Part shown: in pieces, positions 59,930 to 64,000 of the stretch
How the letters are laid out: each line of letters opens with the position of its first letter
How positions within the stretch are numbered: position 1 is the first letter of the stretch
Source: Narcine bancroftii
Lineage: Eukaryota
DNA length: 64,000 nt
Direction of reading: 5' to 3'
Assembly: GCF_036971445.1 (NCBI RefSeq)
Contig: NC_091472.1
Location: forward strand, 204,538,001 to 204,602,000
Made by a program: the position numbers and the translations under genes
Notes under the pieces: generated by a model
What the model was told of the DNA's origin: nothing
The model's database searches: none
Seen by the model: only the letters and a program-made list of their open reading frames with translations

Positions 59930-61060
59930 CAGGATAGGACAAACCGGCATTGGGTTCCTGAAGGCAATCTTTGAGGAAGTGACCAGCAGACTGGATCAGC
60001 GACGTGCAGAGGATCTTGTGTATTTGGATTTTCAAAATGCATTTTACAAGGGTCATGAGGCTACTTAATAAGTTGAGAGCCCATCTTCTATCAAGAAACA
60101 TACTAGCGCGGGGCTGATTGGCAGGAAGCAGAGAGGGGGAATACATGGATCAGATTGGCTGCAAGTTGCTAGCGGTGTTCCGCAGGGGTCGCTGTTAGGG
60201 GCACTCAGTTTTATTTTGTATATTAAATGATTTATGGGATGAATGGCGAAATTTGCTGACGATGCAAAGGGAGGTGAGGAAACATGAATGCGCCAGGAGG
60301 ATTTAGACAGATGAGGAGAGATGTAGCAAATGAAGTATAATGTCGGAAACTGTCGTCATGTTCGAAAAAATAAAGAAGCAGACTGATTCTTCTAATGGGG
60401 ATAAAATTATAAATGCCCAAATGCAAAGGGACATGGGGGTCCTCATATAGGATAGCTGAATGTAAACTTGCATGTGGAGGAAAATGCAATGTGGCATTCA
60501 TTTCAAGGGAGACACAATGTAAGAGCAGGGATTTGATGTTGAGGCTTTATAAGGCACTAGTTAGACTTCACCTGGTGTACTGTGAACAGTTTTGAGCTCC
60601 TCGTTTAAGAAAGCATGTGCTGATGTTGGAAACCGTTCAAAGGAGGTTCACGAGGATAATTCCAGGAATGAAGGTGTTAACATAAGAGGAGCATTTGACG
60701 TCTTTTGGCCTGTATTGGTTTGAATTTAGGAGAATGAGGGGGCGGGATTTCATTGAACTATATCAAATGCTGAAAGGCGTGGACAGAGAAGATGTAGAAA
60801 GTTTGTTTACATGGTGCGAGATCTAGGACAAGAGGGCACAACTTCAGGATTAAAGGACATCACCTTTGAACCGTAATGTGTTGGATTTTCTTCAGCCGGA
60901 GGGTGGTAATTGCCACGGCCGGTTGTGGAGGCCAGGTCAATGGTTGCATTTAAGGGAGAGATGTGTTCTTGTTTGGCCAAGGTATTAAAGGTTATGGGGA
61001 GAAGGCCAGGCAATGGGGCTGTGGGAAAATGATGAAATAGTCCCTCTGTCTTATTGTCCT
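59930..61060 (+). mobile_element. Degenerate CR1 LINE RT/3' fragment
   Basis: VYLDFQNAF, SGVPQGSLLG, KFADDAK, LYKALVRLHLVYCEQF, VQRRFTR. Confidence 0.85.
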
Positions 61061-61739
61061 AAGGGTGCTGCAGAGAGCCTATCTATTTCAGAATGTTTCT
61101 CAGCACTTAAGGGGACAGAAATGGGTCCAATGGCAGAGTCAGTTCCAATACTCCAAGATGGCAATTTCTGATGGGTGCTCACTATTGCAACAATGGTATC
61201 ACAACACTTGGCCATGCCAAGATGATGAGCGCTGCAAAGCTAGATTCAACAGGGACTCATGAAACTTTTCCTGTGGCCACTTCCCTTGGTCTCCACAACC
61301 GAAGTGAAGAACCATGAAGGAATTCCATAGTAGGTCCAGTCATGGGTTGATACTTGCCGTTTGGAGAACTTATAGTCATAAATTCAGTATAAAATGGACA
61401 TAATAAATGATGGAACTCGGATCGCAGTATTTAAACCATGGATTCCGATCAACAACCAGCAACATCCATCAGGAAAGATGGTTGCTGAATTGTTTCAATC
61501 ACTTATTCTCACTTTGCTCTCAGTACAAATATCACTATTCTCTTTCCTTGGCTCCCATCGATGGGGATCGAAACTCGAGACTAGAATCCAAACGTGGCCA
61601 GAAAACATTTCCATCTGAAAGAGCAGAATTATTATCCAACACAGGTTCTTGTCGCCACATTGGGCTCAGTCATAGAGATGGCCCAGCCTGGCATAGCGGT
61701 TAGAGCCACGCTTTTCACAGCACCAGCAAACAGGACTTG

Positions 61740-64000
61740 GGAGTGGTGAGATGGCGTAGGAAGAAGATGTGTAATTCCACCTCTCCCCAGTTGAACTATC
61801 TAAAGCCCGAATTGAAAAGTCAGAAAAGTTTTTTTTTAAAGTTTCTGAAGACAGAAGATAGAAAATGGCTACAAATGTGAAGAAGGCAAAGGCTCAATTA
61901 CAAAAGAAATGACCTTATAAAAGTGCTGAAGAATTGAGGCCTACTCACCAGGCAGAAGCCACGGAATCGATTGGCTCTGCTCCTAAAGCCCAACGAACTC
62001 CTGGACGGATGAGTATAATGCTGGCGCCCAACCTGCAACCGGAAGATGGTGCCAGCATTGATACCTGCCCAGCTAACTCTAAAATGCATGCCCGAGCAAG
62101 GCAGCCAAGTGGCGTCTCACGACACTAGTGTGCGGCTCCACTACTGTGCCTGGCAGCTCAGCGATGCACAGTGGTGTGTCAGAAGATGCACCTTTGCGAT
62201 CGACAGCGATGCTGGGCATGCACAGAAGTGCACATGTGCGCGAATTGCTGGGAAAGGTCTGGATGGGGGGGGGTGGGGGGGTGGGGGGGGGAACCTGAAT
62301 AGCACTGAGCTGAGGAAGCCAACCTGACGTTGGCGGGGATCCAAACCCGCAGTCAAATGGCCTGAACAGCAGTAAGTACAGGTGAAGCAGAAGCAGAAAG
62401 CCCTGTACTGTTAGGGATACAAGAACATGAGGAATTAACTACACTAACTATAGTTAAAGAAGGTAGGCCTCAGGAGGTGGAATGGGGGAATCAGGAATTG
62501 GAGATGATTTTACTGTTTTAGAAGACATTGCTCAACAAATGGAAAATATCTCATCATAGATGATTTCTCAGATGAATCAGGGATTTATGGACATGAAAGT
62601 CAGAATGAATAATATCTGTGAAGAAATGTCGTCTGTAAAAAAAAAAAAAAAAAAGGATGTCTGTGGTCAAGGACGATGTTAATAAATGTTTGAAAGTGGT
62701 GGATACAGTACAGGATAGTTTTAAACAAATTGAAGAAGTGTTTCATGAATGTAGAGACCAAGTGGAACAGAATAGAGAAAAAATGGAGAAAGTGGAAGAT
62801 TCATTTGTTGGATGGGAAATTCAGAAGAGAGAATTGTGGAAAAAGATTGACTCTCTGGAAAACCAAGGTTGACATAATAGTTTGAAAATTGTAGGACTTC
62901 CGGAAGATATTGAAGGCTCAGATCTGATGATATTTTTTTTTAAAATGGATCCCAGATGTGCTGGATGTTGAATTTTTCCCAAATGGTCTGGAATTGAACA
63001 GAGCACACAGGGCATTGAGTAAAAAACCTTACCTGGGTCAGCCACCTTGAGCTGTTTCAATGCTTGAGATATCAGGATAGAGAGATGATTTTGTGGATAG
63101 CTGTCCAGAAAGCTCGTAAAGATCAAGCTCTAATGATGGTTCAGGTTAGTAAGATATTTTTCTATGCTGACCTGAGTCAGCAGATAATTAAGAGGCATAA
63201 GGAATTTAATTCGGCTAAAGAGGTGTTGTGGAGAAAAGGGTACAAGTTTACTGTCTTGAAATTTTTTATGGGAATTATCAATCTCAGTTTTTTGAGAATG
63301 ATCATGATGCATTTAATTTTTGCAAATTCTTTGCTAGACGTGCGGGGATCTGATCGACCACAATCAGCTAAGAGGAGAGTATCTAACAAGAGGAATGGGA
63401 ATGGGAATGGAAAGAAGGGGGAATTGATGCAAAACCTGCTTGATATCGAGGATCCAGAACAATCTTTGGGATTGGAATCAGTTGGAATAATGAGATTATT
63501 AACTGTGGAGATGTTTGGCGAGGGGGGGGGGGCAGTGGATGACTCTGATACTTTAGAAAGTCATCTGCCACTAGTGGGGTTATCTACACCCAGTTCATTG
63601 GGGAGGTACTACATTGGTGTAGTTTTGGGAAGAATTTTTTTGTATTATTTTTGAAGGTTTTTTTTGTATTTTTATGAAAGGGAAGATTTTTTTTATTGTT
63701 TAAGCAAGAGGAGGATTTTTTTTTACAATTGTTGACTGTGAGTTCTGAGGAGTTTTTTAGTAAAGTATGACTAATTTCAATTTTGCGACTTTTAATGTGC
63801 AGGGTCTTAATAACTCCATTAAGTGTAAGTGTGTGTCAGCTTATATTAAAAAGATGAAGGTTGATATTGCTTTTTTACATTTAACTGAGAAAATGAAAAG
63901 AGATTGGATAGGTCATGTAGTTGCCTCTTCTGTTAATTCCAAGGTGCGAGGAGTGGCGATTTTGGTTCAAAAGAAGATACCGTTTGAATTGAAAACATTT
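61740..64000 (+). mobile_element. 5' part of a second L1-clade LINE related to the 46.5-kb copy; runs off the window end
   Basis: Start GAGATGGCGTAG; ORF1 KIDSLENQ, KIVGLPEDIEG, FFYADLSQ; ORF2 start MTNFNFATFNVQGLN at 63767. Confidence 0.9.

Overview
Vertebrate genomic DNA, very probably a cartilaginous fish (shark/ray), inferred from the germline-joined Ig light chain and the repeat landscape. Two intact host genes: GP1BB (platelet/thrombocyte glycoprotein Ib beta, + strand, coding exon 10147-10704) and a complete three-exon immunoglobulin light chain of the elasmobranch type II/lambda class (- strand, 29414-31291) whose V and J are already fused in the genome and give an ultra-short CDR3. 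The rest is mostly layered transposable elements: degenerate CR1, L1 and Penelope-like copies; hAT-type MITEs; SINEs; a full-length Gypsy element (21362-26237) with an LTR-complementary sequence in place of a tRNA primer-binding site; a young, internally deleted epsilon-like endogenous retrovirus (40141-45337) with a CNPase/2H-like remnant and an orphan leader ORF, nested in a CsRN1-type Gypsy; a full-length L1 with a 13-bp TSD; and a 34-bp minisatellite with an 816-bp higher-order period. No prokaryotic-type system (CRISPR etc.) is present. All family assignments come from motif recognition by eye; no database searches were run.
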